From: Phycisphaerae bacterium | GTDB lineage: Bacteria > Planctomycetota > Phycisphaerae > UBA1845 | Assembly (NCBI GenBank): GCA_963666835.2 | Contig: CAXXGO010000003.1 | Location: 160,001-224,000, forward strand | DNA length: 64,000 nt | Direction of reading: 5' to 3' | Shown: piece after piece, positions 29,603 through 39,913 of the stretch | Layout of the letters: each line of letters opens with the position of its first letter | Position numbering within the stretch: the first letter of the stretch is position 1 | Notes under the pieces: model-generated | What the model was told of the DNA's origin: nothing | Database searches by the model: none | Seen by the model: only the letters and a program-made list of their open reading frames with translations | Position numbers and translations under genes: made by a program

Positions 29603-31324
29603 CTACACTCTGAACAACGCTCCTAGTCGTTTTCCCAAGGCGAGCGACGCTATCACGATGGTAGTAATCAAGACGAGCATACCGATCACCCCGAGAGCCG
29701 ACGCGGTCTCCGTCCCGGATTCCGGAATATCCGCTAGAGACCAGATGGCTTTCGTCATTGGGTAGTACTCGCGGTCGAACGCTAGAATCAAACTGTCGGA
29801 TACTTCCAACATGGAACGGCTGAAAACCAGCAGGCCGCCGGCGATTAGATTCGGTGCCAACAGGGGGGCAGTAATCCGCCCAAGGGTCCGTATGGGGCCG
29901 GCACCTAGGTTCATCGCGGCTTCTTCCAACGCCACGGAAGTCTGCTCCAAGCCGGCCGCGCAGGCTCTTACGACAAAAGGAATCCGGCGCACGCAATAAG
30001 CGATGACCAACAGCGGCATCGGGCTCCGGGTGAGCGGGTTAAGGAACCCGACCGGGGAGTCGCCTTGGGTTAGCGCGAAGTAACCAAAGGCCATGACTAA
30101 ACCGGGAACCGCCAAGGGCAGCATGGCCAAGCCATCCAGAATGGCAGTGAGAGGCGTACGTCGTCGGACGGCCAGGTATGCAATGGCGAATCCGAAGAAC
30201 ATGGCCCCGACCGTTGCGATGATCGAGTAGGTGACGCTGTTGACTATGCTCCGGGCGGCTACCCCCTTGCTGGGGTCGCCGAAACTCAGAATGTCGCTGA
30301 TTATGCCGACGTAGTGGCGCGAAGTCAGGTGTCCGGGAGCGAGTTCGAGCATACCGGTGGAAGTTATGCTACCCAGGATAACGCCCAGGTGCGGGACTAC
30401 GGCCGCGAGGAAGACGACACCGAAGGGCGCGGCCAACAGAAGGCTGCCTGCTGACCCCAAGCGCCGGAGCGGCGTGGATACGGTCGCTTTGGGGGCCATC
30501 GCCCCGGAAGGGCGTCCCAGGACCCACTTGCCCAGCGCGAAAATCAATACGCTTATCGTGAGCAGCACGACTACCAGAGCATACGCATCGCCCTGTGGGT
30601 TGGTTGTCTGAAGCTGGTCGAAGACCTGAACTGCGGTCACCGCGCGAAACCCTACGATCAAAGGTGTGCCCAGCTCGGTGAATGCCCAGATAAACACTAT
30701 TGTGGATCCGGCAAACACACCCGGCCGAGCCAGCGGAAGCGTCACCCGCCAAAGACGCCGGAAGAAACCGGCACCGAGGTTCTGAGCGGCTTCTTCCAGC
30801 GATGGATCGAGATTGGCGAGGGTCGCTTGGATGTTGAGGAATGTAATCGGGTAGAGATACAGCGTTTCCAGCACAATGCACGAAATGAAGGGCGAAGCCA
30901 GCCAGTCGATGGGATTCGCAGGGTCGATGAGGCCCAACGCCGCCAGCAGGCTGTTGAGGCCGCCGTTACGCGAGAGCATCCCCTTCAAACCCAACGCCCC
31001 GACAAACGGCGGCAGAATCAGCGGCACCTGAATGAGGGCCAGCCACCAGCGCTTTCCGGCGAAATCGAAATTCTCCGAAATCAACGCCAGCGGAAACGAG
31101 ATCAGTAGACACAAGATCGTAGTGCAAGACGCCAGGACCACGGAGTTGACCAGCCCCTCGCGGTAGAGCGGGTCCTCGAAGACCATCGAAAGCCAGAACA
31201 TGCTGAAACGGCCGTCTTCGTCGAAGCCGGCGCGTACGACTGCGAATATCGGAGCTAGCAGGACCAGACCCAAGGCAAGAATGAGGAGAAGAGTCAGCAG
31301 GGAACTCAGTTGCCACCGCTGCAT
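29603..31324 (-). CDS. ABC transporter double-domain permease (AfuB/FbpB-like)
   Basis: Two EAA loops (LEEAAQNLGA, LEEAAMNLGA) and multiple TM segments. Confidence 0.9.
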   Translation of the reverse strand: MQRWQLSSLLTLLLILALGLVLLAPIFAVVRAGFDEDGRFSMFWLSMVFEDPLYREGLVNSVVLASCTTILCLLISFPLALISENFDFAGKRWWLALIQVPLILPPFVGALGLKGMLSRNGGLNSLLAALGLIDPANPIDWLASPFISCIVLETLYLYPITFLNIQATLANLDPSLEEAAQNLGAGFFRRLWRVTLPLARPGVFAGSTIVFIWAFTELGTPLIVGFRAVTAVQVFDQLQTTNPQGDAYALVVVLLTISVLIFALGKWVLGRPSGAMAPKATVSTPLRRLGSAGSLLLAAPFGVVFLAAVVPHLGVILGSITSTGMLELAPGHLTSRHYVGIISDILSFGDPSKGVAARSIVNSVTYSIIATVGAMFFGFAIAYLAVRRRTPLTAILDGLAMLPLAVPGLVMAFGYFALTQGDSPVGFLNPLTRSPMPLLVIAYCVRRIPFVVRACAAGLEQTSVALEEAAMNLGAGPIRTLGRITAPLLAPNLIAGGLLVFSRSMLEVSDSLILAFDREYYPMTKAIWSLADIPESGTETASALGVIGMLVLITTIVIASLALGKRLGALFRV

Positions 31325-31383
31325 ACTTTTCTACCTTGCAGTGCCGCGAATCGCGCAACGACGCCTATGGTGAGCCCGGCGAA

Positions 31384-34300
31384 TCACGGTTGAAGTCTCA
31401 GGCGGAATCGCGCCGCGACCGGGTTGTGATCCGATCCCAGGCTGTCGACGCTTCCGGTGCGGATGGCGTACGACCCGGGAACGTACTGCTTAGCCAGGGC
31501 GGGCGAAGATAGAATGAAGTCGATCATAGATCGATACGGCTCGCGATTGTAGGTGATACGATCTGCCTTCGGTATCTCCTCGGCAAAGCACCGAAGCGCG
31601 CGCGGACCGTTTCCCACGAGGGTCTGCAAAGTGTTACTATCCCAGGTGTCGTTGAAGTCGCCACAGAGCGCAATAGCGGCGTCCGGATCCCGCTGCAGGC
31701 GGTCATCAAGAATCTCGCGGATCTTCTTCGCCTCTGCTACGCGGATGGGCTCGGCGTACGCGCGGCCGTCATAGTTGCTCTTCAGGTGTACCACCCAGAC
31801 CTCGAACGGAGCTGCTCTCTCCGGCTCCAGGCGAACACCCAGCAGATCCCGGCCGAAGCGGCGCAGTGATCCGCTCGCATCCGGAAACTCCAGGTGCCGG
31901 TACGACGTTACCGGCCCGACGGGCACGCGCGATACAAGAGCCGCGTCGATTCCTCGGGCGTCGTTGCTCTCGAAGTGGACGACATGACTGTAACCCATAT
32001 CCGACAGGAAGACCTCCAGGAAACGTTCCAGGTACCCCCGGCTTTCCACTTCCTGGAGAGCCAGTACGTCGGCGTTAATGTCCCGGATCGCCTGGGCGAC
32101 TCGCTCGAGCTCACGGCGCGGTTTGGTCGGAGTGGAGTCGTCGTTGCGGTACGGATCATCGACGTCATCGAAGAGATTCAGGATGTTGAAGGTCGCCACC
32201 GTGATGGTATCGCCCAACTGGACCTCGTGATCCGCAAGCGGAGGCACCGACGGCAAATCCTGGAGAAACTCGATCTGGTCGGGCGTCGTCACGTAAATTT
32301 GCGGCCGGCCCCCGTAGGTGCTAACCCCGCCGCGAACGCGGACCAACTTGCCCTGGTACATCTCGCGAAGCGGCATTGGGAAATTGGCTGCGAACTGTTG
32401 GAAGACCACCACGGAGAACCCTTCGGGCCCTGAGCTGGGGCCGAAGTTCAGCAAGGTCACGCGCCCTTTGGTCAGAACCTCGCGGATCTGGCCATGTACG
32501 AAGGCCGTACGCCCGATGATTTTGCCGGCGTCCTGCCAGCTTACGTGCGGTCGTCCCTCGTCCGGACCGATCGCGGGCTGGTCCGCGAAGGCCCCGGCCG
32601 TAAGGAGGGTCCAGGCCAGGAACGTCCCCGTAAGGACCCGAACGCTTTGCGTCCTCTGTCCTGCCTTTGGGCGAACGAACGCATGCGACCGGCCGTTACG
32701 AATAATAATCACGGTGCACGTCGCGACCATACCCAGAAGCATGACGACAAGGCCCCATGTGGAGACCGTGGGCACGGTGGGGGCGCACTCGTCGGGAATC
32801 CCGTCTCCATTGGTATCCAACGACGTTCCGGATTCGATATCGCACTCGTCGGGGATCCCGTTAGTGTTGCAGTCTTCGCTTGTTGAGGCGTCCAGGTCGC
32901 AGAGATCCTCAATACCGTTACCGTTGCAGTCGTCAGTCAAAACCTGCGTGCAAGTACCCTCGGGGGTGCAGTACGGGCTGCCATTGCACCAGTCGCCGTC
33001 TTCGCAGTGGCTGTTCTGCAGGCAATCCACGCATCGATCGTCGCTCTCTCGGCAGTAGGGTGTCAGGCACGGCGATTCTCCGGCTTGGCAATCCAACTCC
33101 GGGTCGCACGTCTCCAATCCGTCGCAGAACAACCCATTATCGCAAAGATCATCATCCGGAGTATTCTCGCAAACGGGTGCTACGCAGGTGTCTACGGTGC
33201 AGGCGACGAAGTCATCGCAGTCTTCGTCGTTTTCGCATCCGGCAGTACTGAGAATGAAATCGGCGATGACGGGACGATGATCGGAGGCCATCTGGCTTGC
33301 CCCGCTGGGCCAGAAGTACCCGTCGAGTTCGGACGGGAGCGAATCGGCGGGGGTGCTGCCGCCGGTGTAGAAAACGAAGGCTTGCCGCAGGACAGCGATA
33401 CTGTCCTGCCAAGCGATGTAATCCAGTTTGTTGGTGCTTCCGCTACCGGAGCCCTGGGTACGGCGATAACCGTTGAAGTAGTCTACTGCCGTGTCATAGG
33501 TCATGTCCGAGCGGTCGCGATCGGTCCCGTCGGGAGCCCCGGTGATCTCCGCCATGGTCAACCAATCGGCCGGCCCTTTTCGTCCGTTAGTCTGCTCATC
33601 CTCGTTCCAATCACCGCCGATGATCACGGCTGTCTCGGCTCCTAGAATCTGTTGGGCCGCGGGACTGTCCCAGATCTTGCCGTGCGGGTCCGGGATTCCC
33701 TCACCTGCCCCGTTGTACCAGTAGTCAATCACGTATGCGACTCGCTGAGCAGCTTCCAGACGCTGGGCCAAGTCGTCGGACGATCCCCCGGACTTAAGAT
33801 GAGCGTTGCCGACCACGACATCGCCGACATAGGTTTCATCCGGAAGGTCGATCTCGGCGAACTGGAATCCCCGGATACCGCCGTCACCAGGCTCGGTCAC
33901 ATACTCATCAGCAAAAACGGTAGGGATGTCGGCAAGAGTGTCTTTCGTATCCCCGTTCAGGTCGGCAAAGGGATACCGGCTGAGGATTGCATTGCGGTTG
34001 TATCCGTCCGATTCGCTGGGCACGAAGATATATGGTAAATCGTAATCCGGCGCGAATAACTGTACCCACGATTCCACAGTTGGATTGCCCGTTATGAACG
34101 GGTCCTCCCCGCCGTAGAGGAACAGCTCCAGCACCGTGGTAAGCTCCGCAACGGAGTCAAGGCAGCCGCTGCAGTCGTTGTCCCCCGCCTCCTGAATGAT
34201 GAGCACATCCGGACGCATTCCCGCCACGATCCGGACCAGAGCATCCCAGGTAGAATTCGCGGTCTTGCTGATCTCGGTGCGAATGTCGTCCTCTACGTTC

Positions 34301-34428
34301 CAGGTCATTACCCGCAAGTCAGTAGTCTCGGACTTCGACCAGTCCCCGTTGGGTGGGTCCCAGGCGTTTACGTCAAGTGCGATAGTGCCGAACGCGATAA
34401 GCGCGACAACCGTTATGACCTTGTTCAT
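31384..34428 (-). CDS. Secreted protein with two endonuclease/exonuclease/phosphatase (EEP) domains, an internal IPTL-CTERM-like segment, a second signal peptide and an OB-fold-like domain
   Basis: EEP1: MTWNV, IQE, HLKS, GDWN, LDY, SDHRPV. Then Cys/Asp-rich repeats and VPTVSTWG+TM+R. EEP2: TFNILN, LQEVE, HLKS, GDFND, IDF, SDHNPV. Confidence 0.85.
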   Translation of the reverse strand: MNKVITVVALIAFGTIALDVNAWDPPNGDWSKSETTDLRVMTWNVEDDIRTEISKTANSTWDALVRIVAGMRPDVLIIQEAGDNDCSGCLDSVAELTTVLELFLYGGEDPFITGNPTVESWVQLFAPDYDLPYIFVPSESDGYNRNAILSRYPFADLNGDTKDTLADIPTVFADEYVTEPGDGGIRGFQFAEIDLPDETYVGDVVVGNAHLKSGGSSDDLAQRLEAAQRVAYVIDYWYNGAGEGIPDPHGKIWDSPAAQQILGAETAVIIGGDWNEDEQTNGRKGPADWLTMAEITGAPDGTDRDRSDMTYDTAVDYFNGYRRTQGSGSGSTNKLDYIAWQDSIAVLRQAFVFYTGGSTPADSLPSELDGYFWPSGASQMASDHRPVIADFILSTAGCENDEDCDDFVACTVDTCVAPVCENTPDDDLCDNGLFCDGLETCDPELDCQAGESPCLTPYCRESDDRCVDCLQNSHCEDGDWCNGSPYCTPEGTCTQVLTDDCNGNGIEDLCDLDASTSEDCNTNGIPDECDIESGTSLDTNGDGIPDECAPTVPTVSTWGLVVMLLGMVATCTVIIIRNGRSHAFVRPKAGQRTQSVRVLTGTFLAWTLLTAGAFADQPAIGPDEGRPHVSWQDAGKIIGRTAFVHGQIREVLTKGRVTLLNFGPSSGPEGFSVVVFQQFAANFPMPLREMYQGKLVRVRGGVSTYGGRPQIYVTTPDQIEFLQDLPSVPPLADHEVQLGDTITVATFNILNLFDDVDDPYRNDDSTPTKPRRELERVAQAIRDINADVLALQEVESRGYLERFLEVFLSDMGYSHVVHFESNDARGIDAALVSRVPVGPVTSYRHLEFPDASGSLRRFGRDLLGVRLEPERAAPFEVWVVHLKSNYDGRAYAEPIRVAEAKKIREILDDRLQRDPDAAIALCGDFNDTWDSNTLQTLVGNGPRALRCFAEEIPKADRITYNREPYRSMIDFILSSPALAKQYVPGSYAIRTGSVDSLGSDHNPVAARFRLRLQP

Positions 34429-34653
34429 GGCCGTTGATTCCTCAATTGCGCTTGATCCGCAGCTTGCGGTGGCTTATTCGCCCGACACGATCGGACTTTA
34501 GGCTCGAAACCAGCGAGGTCCCTGACGGCCCCGACGGCCTGACAAGACGTTCCGGGGTGGAGCAAGCATGTGCGGCAGATTCTACTCACACAAGGCTCCA
34601 TCCCGGTACTCGTCTCGACAGACCGCGGGGTCCAAATCCGTCCTCCGAAGTAC

Positions 34654-36741
34654 CTAGATCAACTGCCGTTTGCGGCCACGCATGACCACTGTTCCAACCG
34701 CCATCACGAGGAGAGTCATGACGATCATTCCCCACTCGGATACGGCGGGCACGTTGCCCGATCCGCCCGGAGCTACGGACCCGATATACAACAGCACGTT
34801 GTAGTCTTGGTCCTGTTCGCCCGTTGCTCCGGTGCAAGGCTGCTCGAAGTCACCGTCCTGGTCCGCGTCATAGACGATCTCTGCGGCCAACACGATTCCA
34901 CCAAGGGTGCGCGGATCCGCCGGTTCGATAGTCGCCGGATCAAGGCCCAGGTGGGCGCTCTCGCTGATATTCTGTGACCACATCGTTTCGGACGCGACCG
35001 AGTTGGAGTCCGCGATACCCACGAACGTCACCATGTAGTCGCGGTCGGAGTTCTGTCCATGGAAGACATCGCCGAGTTTGAAGACCAGTTCCAGCTCGTA
35101 CCCGAAGGTAGCAGGATCATAGACGGCTCGTAACAGGCCGGTGGTTAAGTCGCTGGGGTCACCGAAGAGCTCGATGGCCGAGAAGAACCAGACATTGCCG
35201 GCTGAGTCGATCATGGGCGCCGAAACGCTCGGGCCGAACGGCGTGCTCTCCGTAGTCACCTTATCCAGGCCGACCATCCGCCCGATTATGCTTCCGCCCG
35301 GACCGTCCAAGATTGGCTTGCCGCCTCCCGACGTTCCCTCGGTGCCATCGGAGTAGCCGGCCATAGTCCAAGACTGCGTTCCGGTAGTGCAATCCACCCG
35401 AGCTACCGCGATGTAGTTAACCGGCCAGTCAGTCCCACCGTCCGCGGGGTGGTCGACTTGGGCGGCTGCGAGCAGGTTTCCAGCCGGATCGACCCCGAGA
35501 GCAATCTGACCGTTACCACCCCGGTAAGCCACCTGGCTATGGTAGTGATCAAACTCGTTTGTCCCGGCGATGTTGGTTGCCCCGGTGGTCGGGTCGGTGA
35601 TTACTGCTGGAAGCCGCAGCGCGAGTGTTCCAGTGACGTTCCCAGACGCCCCCAGACCCCAGAGGTTCATGAAGATACCCAAGGCGCTGGGATCATCAGT
35701 CGCGGCGTCGCGCCCAATAATCGCGGCGATGCCGTGCGTACTGCTCAGTTGGCTGCAATTGGCGCTTGTGTAGCTGATATTGCCGCGGGTCGAAAGCACG
35801 CCTGTGCCCCAGTGAGTCTGATCGCAGGTAACCGCACCGAAGTCGGTTCCCCGGCAGTACTGTCCATCGAAGTTGACGCCGATGTAGAGCGGAGCGCCAC
35901 CGACGATCGGACCGGGGATCATTCCGGGGGTGCTGTGCACCGTGGCGGAGTTTCGGACGACCCAGTCGGTCACCGCCGAGTCGAACTGGCCACCGGGATA
36001 GTCGTTGCTGATGACATTCAACGATGTCGTATTGCGGTTCGCGGCATCGACCCGGAACACGTTATCAGCGGTTAGGGCGGTCAGCCCACAACCGGCGGAA
36101 GTGCCGTACGCGTCGGCGCGAAGGTGGAGTACTCCCGCAGGATCGATTGACCCGGTTCCGAACCCGGACAGGTTTGATGTGTTATCGCACGAGTTCGTCG
36201 CGGCAACGATTCGTGATACGTACAACCGCGTCGGCGCCGAAGGTTCATACTGCACCAATCCGGCGATCGTGCCGTTGTAGTTGGCCTCATTATCCGTGGT
36301 GGAGTACTCGGCGAAATCCACCGCGAACTTGTTCCCGAGACGCCCGGTCAGATCGATCTGCGTAGTGGGGGCGTCGTTCTGGACGGTATTGACCCCGTAG
36401 CCCGGGGCGTTCCAATAGTCAAACGACCCATCGAGAGTCTGTCCGAACAGTTGAACTCGACTTATAGCTTGAGCACTCATCAAGCTGCCGAAGTAATCGG
36501 AGCTGGTCTTGCTGGACTTGACCAGCGGGGCGATTCCAAACGCGGTACCCCACGACGTATTGAAAGCCGTCAGATCCACGACATAGTCATTCCGCTGTTC
36601 CGTGGTGTCCCAGGGATCTAATGCATCGCCCGGCAGGCAGGCGGTGTTCGAAACACTGTCCGTGGCGAACGCCGGGGATGCCAGAATCAGAATCAGTGCT
36701 AACCCTCTCAAACGACTGCCCATGTCTCCGTACCCAATCAT
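34654..36741 (-). CDS. Secreted IPTL-CTERM surface protein of unknown function
   Basis: AAAGGAG RBS, signal peptide (SPAFA|T), C-terminus VPAVSEWGMIVMTLLVMAVGTVVMRGRKR. Confidence 0.85.
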   Translation of the reverse strand: MIGYGDMGSRLRGLALILILASPAFATDSVSNTACLPGDALDPWDTTEQRNDYVVDLTAFNTSWGTAFGIAPLVKSSKTSSDYFGSLMSAQAISRVQLFGQTLDGSFDYWNAPGYGVNTVQNDAPTTQIDLTGRLGNKFAVDFAEYSTTDNEANYNGTIAGLVQYEPSAPTRLYVSRIVAATNSCDNTSNLSGFGTGSIDPAGVLHLRADAYGTSAGCGLTALTADNVFRVDAANRNTTSLNVISNDYPGGQFDSAVTDWVVRNSATVHSTPGMIPGPIVGGAPLYIGVNFDGQYCRGTDFGAVTCDQTHWGTGVLSTRGNISYTSANCSQLSSTHGIAAIIGRDAATDDPSALGIFMNLWGLGASGNVTGTLALRLPAVITDPTTGATNIAGTNEFDHYHSQVAYRGGNGQIALGVDPAGNLLAAAQVDHPADGGTDWPVNYIAVARVDCTTGTQSWTMAGYSDGTEGTSGGGKPILDGPGGSIIGRMVGLDKVTTESTPFGPSVSAPMIDSAGNVWFFSAIELFGDPSDLTTGLLRAVYDPATFGYELELVFKLGDVFHGQNSDRDYMVTFVGIADSNSVASETMWSQNISESAHLGLDPATIEPADPRTLGGIVLAAEIVYDADQDGDFEQPCTGATGEQDQDYNVLLYIGSVAPGGSGNVPAVSEWGMIVMTLLVMAVGTVVMRGRKRQLI

Positions 36742-36898
36742 GCCTGATGCTCCTTTCCGTTGTCCATGGTTTTGTTCAAAGACGGCCGGCCTCTCGAATC
36801 GAGAAGTCCGCCGCCAGACCCGTTCGATAAACTCCATACCCGTTAGGCGTCTATGCTCTGCGTCACCGGGCTGTATACCTGCCTCGCTCGCCCGCGGC

Positions 36899-37984
36899 CT
36901 ACGGTATTTCCCACTCCTGCTCAACTGCGGTCATGCCTTCGAGCGCGTTCTCGACCACCGCGCCCCGCGGATACCAATACTCGATCTTCCGCGAATCGCG
37001 ATCGTTCAGCAGCTCGACGTGGCCGTCGAAAAACAAGATGTTCATCAAGCCGGCGTTGTCTTTGGCGTGTCCAGTACCACTACTGTGAACACTATGCCGG
37101 TACGACAGTGCCAGATTCTTGCCGTTACTGGGGGAACCACCCGCACCTGAGCCGGCCCCGTCCCAATTCAACGAGTCCTTGTGTACGCCGTAAGCAGTGG
37201 ATCCTCGCCACCACGCTCCGGATGACGTAAACGACCCGAAGTAGTTCGGGAACGGGCTAACGTCATGATCCAGTAAGAGGTTGTCCGGGAGATAGCGGGT
37301 CCCGTCAGCCAGAAAGACCTTCCTTCCCGGAGTCCCGATGCGATTGAGGCGAGAGACATAGTCGGTAACGCGGACATTATCCCAATCATCCGGTGCCGCC
37401 TTGGCGACGACCTTCATTTGCGGAAAGAACTCCAAGGGGCTGAGCTCTCTGCCCGCCTGGCGCTCGCCCCAATACTGAAAATAGGCGGGCATGAGGTAAC
37501 TGACGGCCGCCCACGAGCCGACCTTCTCGAACTCGGATTTCTCGGATCCGCTGCCGTTGTAATAGGCGGCCGAGTTATACGTCTTTGCGCAGGGGCAGGC
37601 ATAGTAGTTCATCAAGTGGGCGAACCGGTCTGCGCGCCTGACCGGGAGGTTCGGCTCATCCAGAATCGGCGACAGCCAATCGAAGGACTGCACCGGTAGG
37701 AAAGACTCCTGCAAGGCCTCCCCGTCCATTCCCTTACGCGCCCGCAGCGCTACTCCCGACGTATTCAAACCGGGCAGCCAGTCGTTATTGACGTAGGTAT
37801 AGTCCGCAAGACCCGTCGCGAAGCCGTGAAGATGGGCTCCGCACACCACTTCCTTGGCGTGGTCCCGGGCCTTTCGCAGGCTAGGCAGCAGGATCGCCAT
37901 CAGGGCAGCGATGATCGCAATGACGACCAGTAATTCGATAATTGTGAACGCGCTCGAGACGTTTCTTGATCGGCGCGCAAACAA
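36899..37984 (-). CDS. Prepilin-type N-terminal cleavage/methylation protein with H-X9-DG-type C-terminus
   Basis: AFTIIELLVVIAIIAALMAILLPSLRKAR..AK...C; C-terminal YRH...NILFFDGHV. Start uncertain (TTG at 37984; the ORF track extends to 38101). Confidence 0.88.
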   Translation of the reverse strand: MFARRSRNVSSAFTIIELLVVIAIIAALMAILLPSLRKARDHAKEVVCGAHLHGFATGLADYTYVNNDWLPGLNTSGVALRARKGMDGEALQESFLPVQSFDWLSPILDEPNLPVRRADRFAHLMNYYACPCAKTYNSAAYYNGSGSEKSEFEKVGSWAAVSYLMPAYFQYWGERQAGRELSPLEFFPQMKVVAKAAPDDWDNVRVTDYVSRLNRIGTPGRKVFLADGTRYLPDNLLLDHDVSPFPNYFGSFTSSGAWWRGSTAYGVHKDSLNWDGAGSGAGGSPSNGKNLALSYRHSVHSSGTGHAKDNAGLMNILFFDGHVELLNDRDSRKIEYWYPRGAVVENALEGMTAVEQEWEIP

Positions 37985-37991
37985 CTGGATG

Positions 37992-38342
37992 CTAACGGCT
38001 GTTTCTGATCGCGAGGGTCCCGAGGTCAACATACTGGTTCTTATCCTTGAGATCTTGGACGGTAGTACGATAGCGATCCGGAACGTACCGAGCGCCATCA
38101 CGGGTTTCGAAGGGGATCAACGTGCGTTCGCCCGTTTCGGGGTTCTCCATTGGGAGCATGTTCACGCGTTCACGCGGGATGTTAAAAGTCTCCCCGGTAG
38201 CAGCGCAGACTAATGGCATCCTGTTGGGTAGCTCGAGCGGCGACGAATGAACGAAGGACCAACCGATCACCACGGCAATACCGACTACCGCGATCGCCAG
38301 CAGCAGGTTACGTTGAGTTTGGATGAAGTCGAACAATAACAA
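37992..38342 (-). CDS. Small single-TM hypothetical protein
   Basis: AAAGGA RBS, N-terminal hydrophobic helix, motifs LVCAATGETF and ENPETGERTL. Confidence 0.65.
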   Translation of the reverse strand: MLLFDFIQTQRNLLLAIAVVGIAVVIGWSFVHSSPLELPNRMPLVCAATGETFNIPRERVNMLPMENPETGERTLIPFETRDGARYVPDRYRTTVQDLKDKNQYVDLGTLAIRNSR

Positions 38343-38363
38343 CGCCAGGGTCCTTTCTTTGTT

Positions 38364-39907
38364 GCCTCCTCAGCAGAATTTGTGGTGGATTTTCGGTTCG
38401 GGTAGTTTGCCAAGTGCGTGATATAGGGCGACTTCCGCGGCCTTTAGCTCTCGAAAGCCGTAGGCTCTTCTGATGGTCAGTTTGACCTTGTTGTTGAGTC
38501 CCTCCACGATCCCGGACGAATACTGCTTTCTCGCCGCAAACCAATTCAAGATCAGGTTCTCATGAGCACGCAGACTGCGCGCGACTTTCTTAATCGGTTC
38601 AAGCCGGCTGCGCATGGCCCGTTGAATCCACCCCTTCAGAAATCGTCCTGCCCAGTGGTATGACTCGTAATCCCAGAGCGCCTGGAAGCTGTCCTTGAGC
38701 AGGTAGGCCCGGATGCTCTTGAGGTTGTATCGCATCAGTTCGCTGAGCTTGGCTCCCTGTTTGTTCGTCAGGTTCGCGGGACGCTTCAGCAGGCACCACC
38801 GGCTGTGCTTCAGCACCGGGTCGAAACCTTCGCGTGCCAGTTCCTTCGCCTCGGCCGCCCGGACCTCGTCAACCGCCTTGTTCAGCCTGGCCACGATGTG
38901 GAACCGATCCAGAATGTGAATCGCGTCGGGGATCTTCTTCCGGATCACGCGCAGGTAGGGCTGCCACATATCGCTGCAGACGTAACGGATTCCGGCTGAT
39001 CGCGGCTTGCCCATCATGCGAAAGAAACGCAGGAAGCTCTTGGCGGTGCGATCCTGCCCGATCCACAGCAGACGCCGGCACGAGTTCTCAATCTGGTAGA
39101 CCAACGTCAGATACCGATGTCCTTTTTGGAACTGAATCTCATCGACGCCGATGGCGGCGACGTTGTCCAAATCCCGGTGTTTCAGGCCGTATTCGACGAC
39201 CCAGGCAACCGAGCGGTAGACCGTGTCCCAGCTGGTCTTGAACACCGTGGCCACCTCTTTCCAACTCAGGCGGCGCGCCCACCGAGCGAGGAACAGCGCG
39301 TGAGCGTTGGTGATTCGCTTCTTACCGTCCGCCCAAGGCAACAGTTCGACCTTCACGCCGCAATCCTCGCACTTGACGCGGCGGGGTGCGTAGAGCATCA
39401 CAACCGGCAAGGCCCACAGCGGAATGAACGAGAACGATCGTCTCGGCATTCGGTCGTAGGCCTTGCCTCGGCGGCCGCAACCCGAGCAGAACGGACGGCT
39501 GCCGCGTCGCGGCCGGATTTCGACTTCCAGCGTCATGGGATCCGAATCACGGAATCGAACGTCTCCGTAGACGAAGCCCTTGACTTTGTGGACGCGATTG
39601 AGGATGGTCTTCACTTGCATCGTTCGTTTTCTCCGGGTTGATGTCTTCGCAAACACCAATTTACCGGATTCTCGAACGATGCACTTCTTTTGTCCCGGAC
39701 ACAAGCCGGCCTCTGCCCGTTCCGTCACGTAAACCAAACGCTGCCTCCAGGCCCCTGTAGCTCCGTCACCCTCGGCGTCGGTCTCACCCGACTAGGGCCG
39801 ACGCCGAGGGGGACGGTGCGGAAGGGGCCGCCCCGGACAGCTCCCGAGCCGGAGGCCGAGGATCACCTCAACCTATGAAATCCTTCCACAGATTCGGCGG
39901 AAGAACC
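38364..39907 (-). mobile_element. ISL3-family insertion sequence, 1544 bp
   Basis: Imperfect terminal IRs (GCCTCCTCAGCAGAATTTGTGG versus the reverse complement of CCACAGATTCGGCGGAAGAACC); 8-bp target duplication TCTTTGTT at 38356-38363 and 39908-39915. Confidence 0.92.
38370..39620 (-). CDS. ISL3-family transposase
   Basis: Zn finger CSGC...CEDC, IGVDE, VCSDMWQPY, LDRFHI, VEGLNNKVK...RRAYGFR. Confidence 0.95.
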   Translation of the reverse strand: MQVKTILNRVHKVKGFVYGDVRFRDSDPMTLEVEIRPRRGSRPFCSGCGRRGKAYDRMPRRSFSFIPLWALPVVMLYAPRRVKCEDCGVKVELLPWADGKKRITNAHALFLARWARRLSWKEVATVFKTSWDTVYRSVAWVVEYGLKHRDLDNVAAIGVDEIQFQKGHRYLTLVYQIENSCRRLLWIGQDRTAKSFLRFFRMMGKPRSAGIRYVCSDMWQPYLRVIRKKIPDAIHILDRFHIVARLNKAVDEVRAAEAKELAREGFDPVLKHSRWCLLKRPANLTNKQGAKLSELMRYNLKSIRAYLLKDSFQALWDYESYHWAGRFLKGWIQRAMRSRLEPIKKVARSLRAHENLILNWFAARKQYSSGIVEGLNNKVKLTIRRAYGFRELKAAEVALYHALGKLPEPKIHHKFC

Positions 39908-39913
39908 TCTTTG

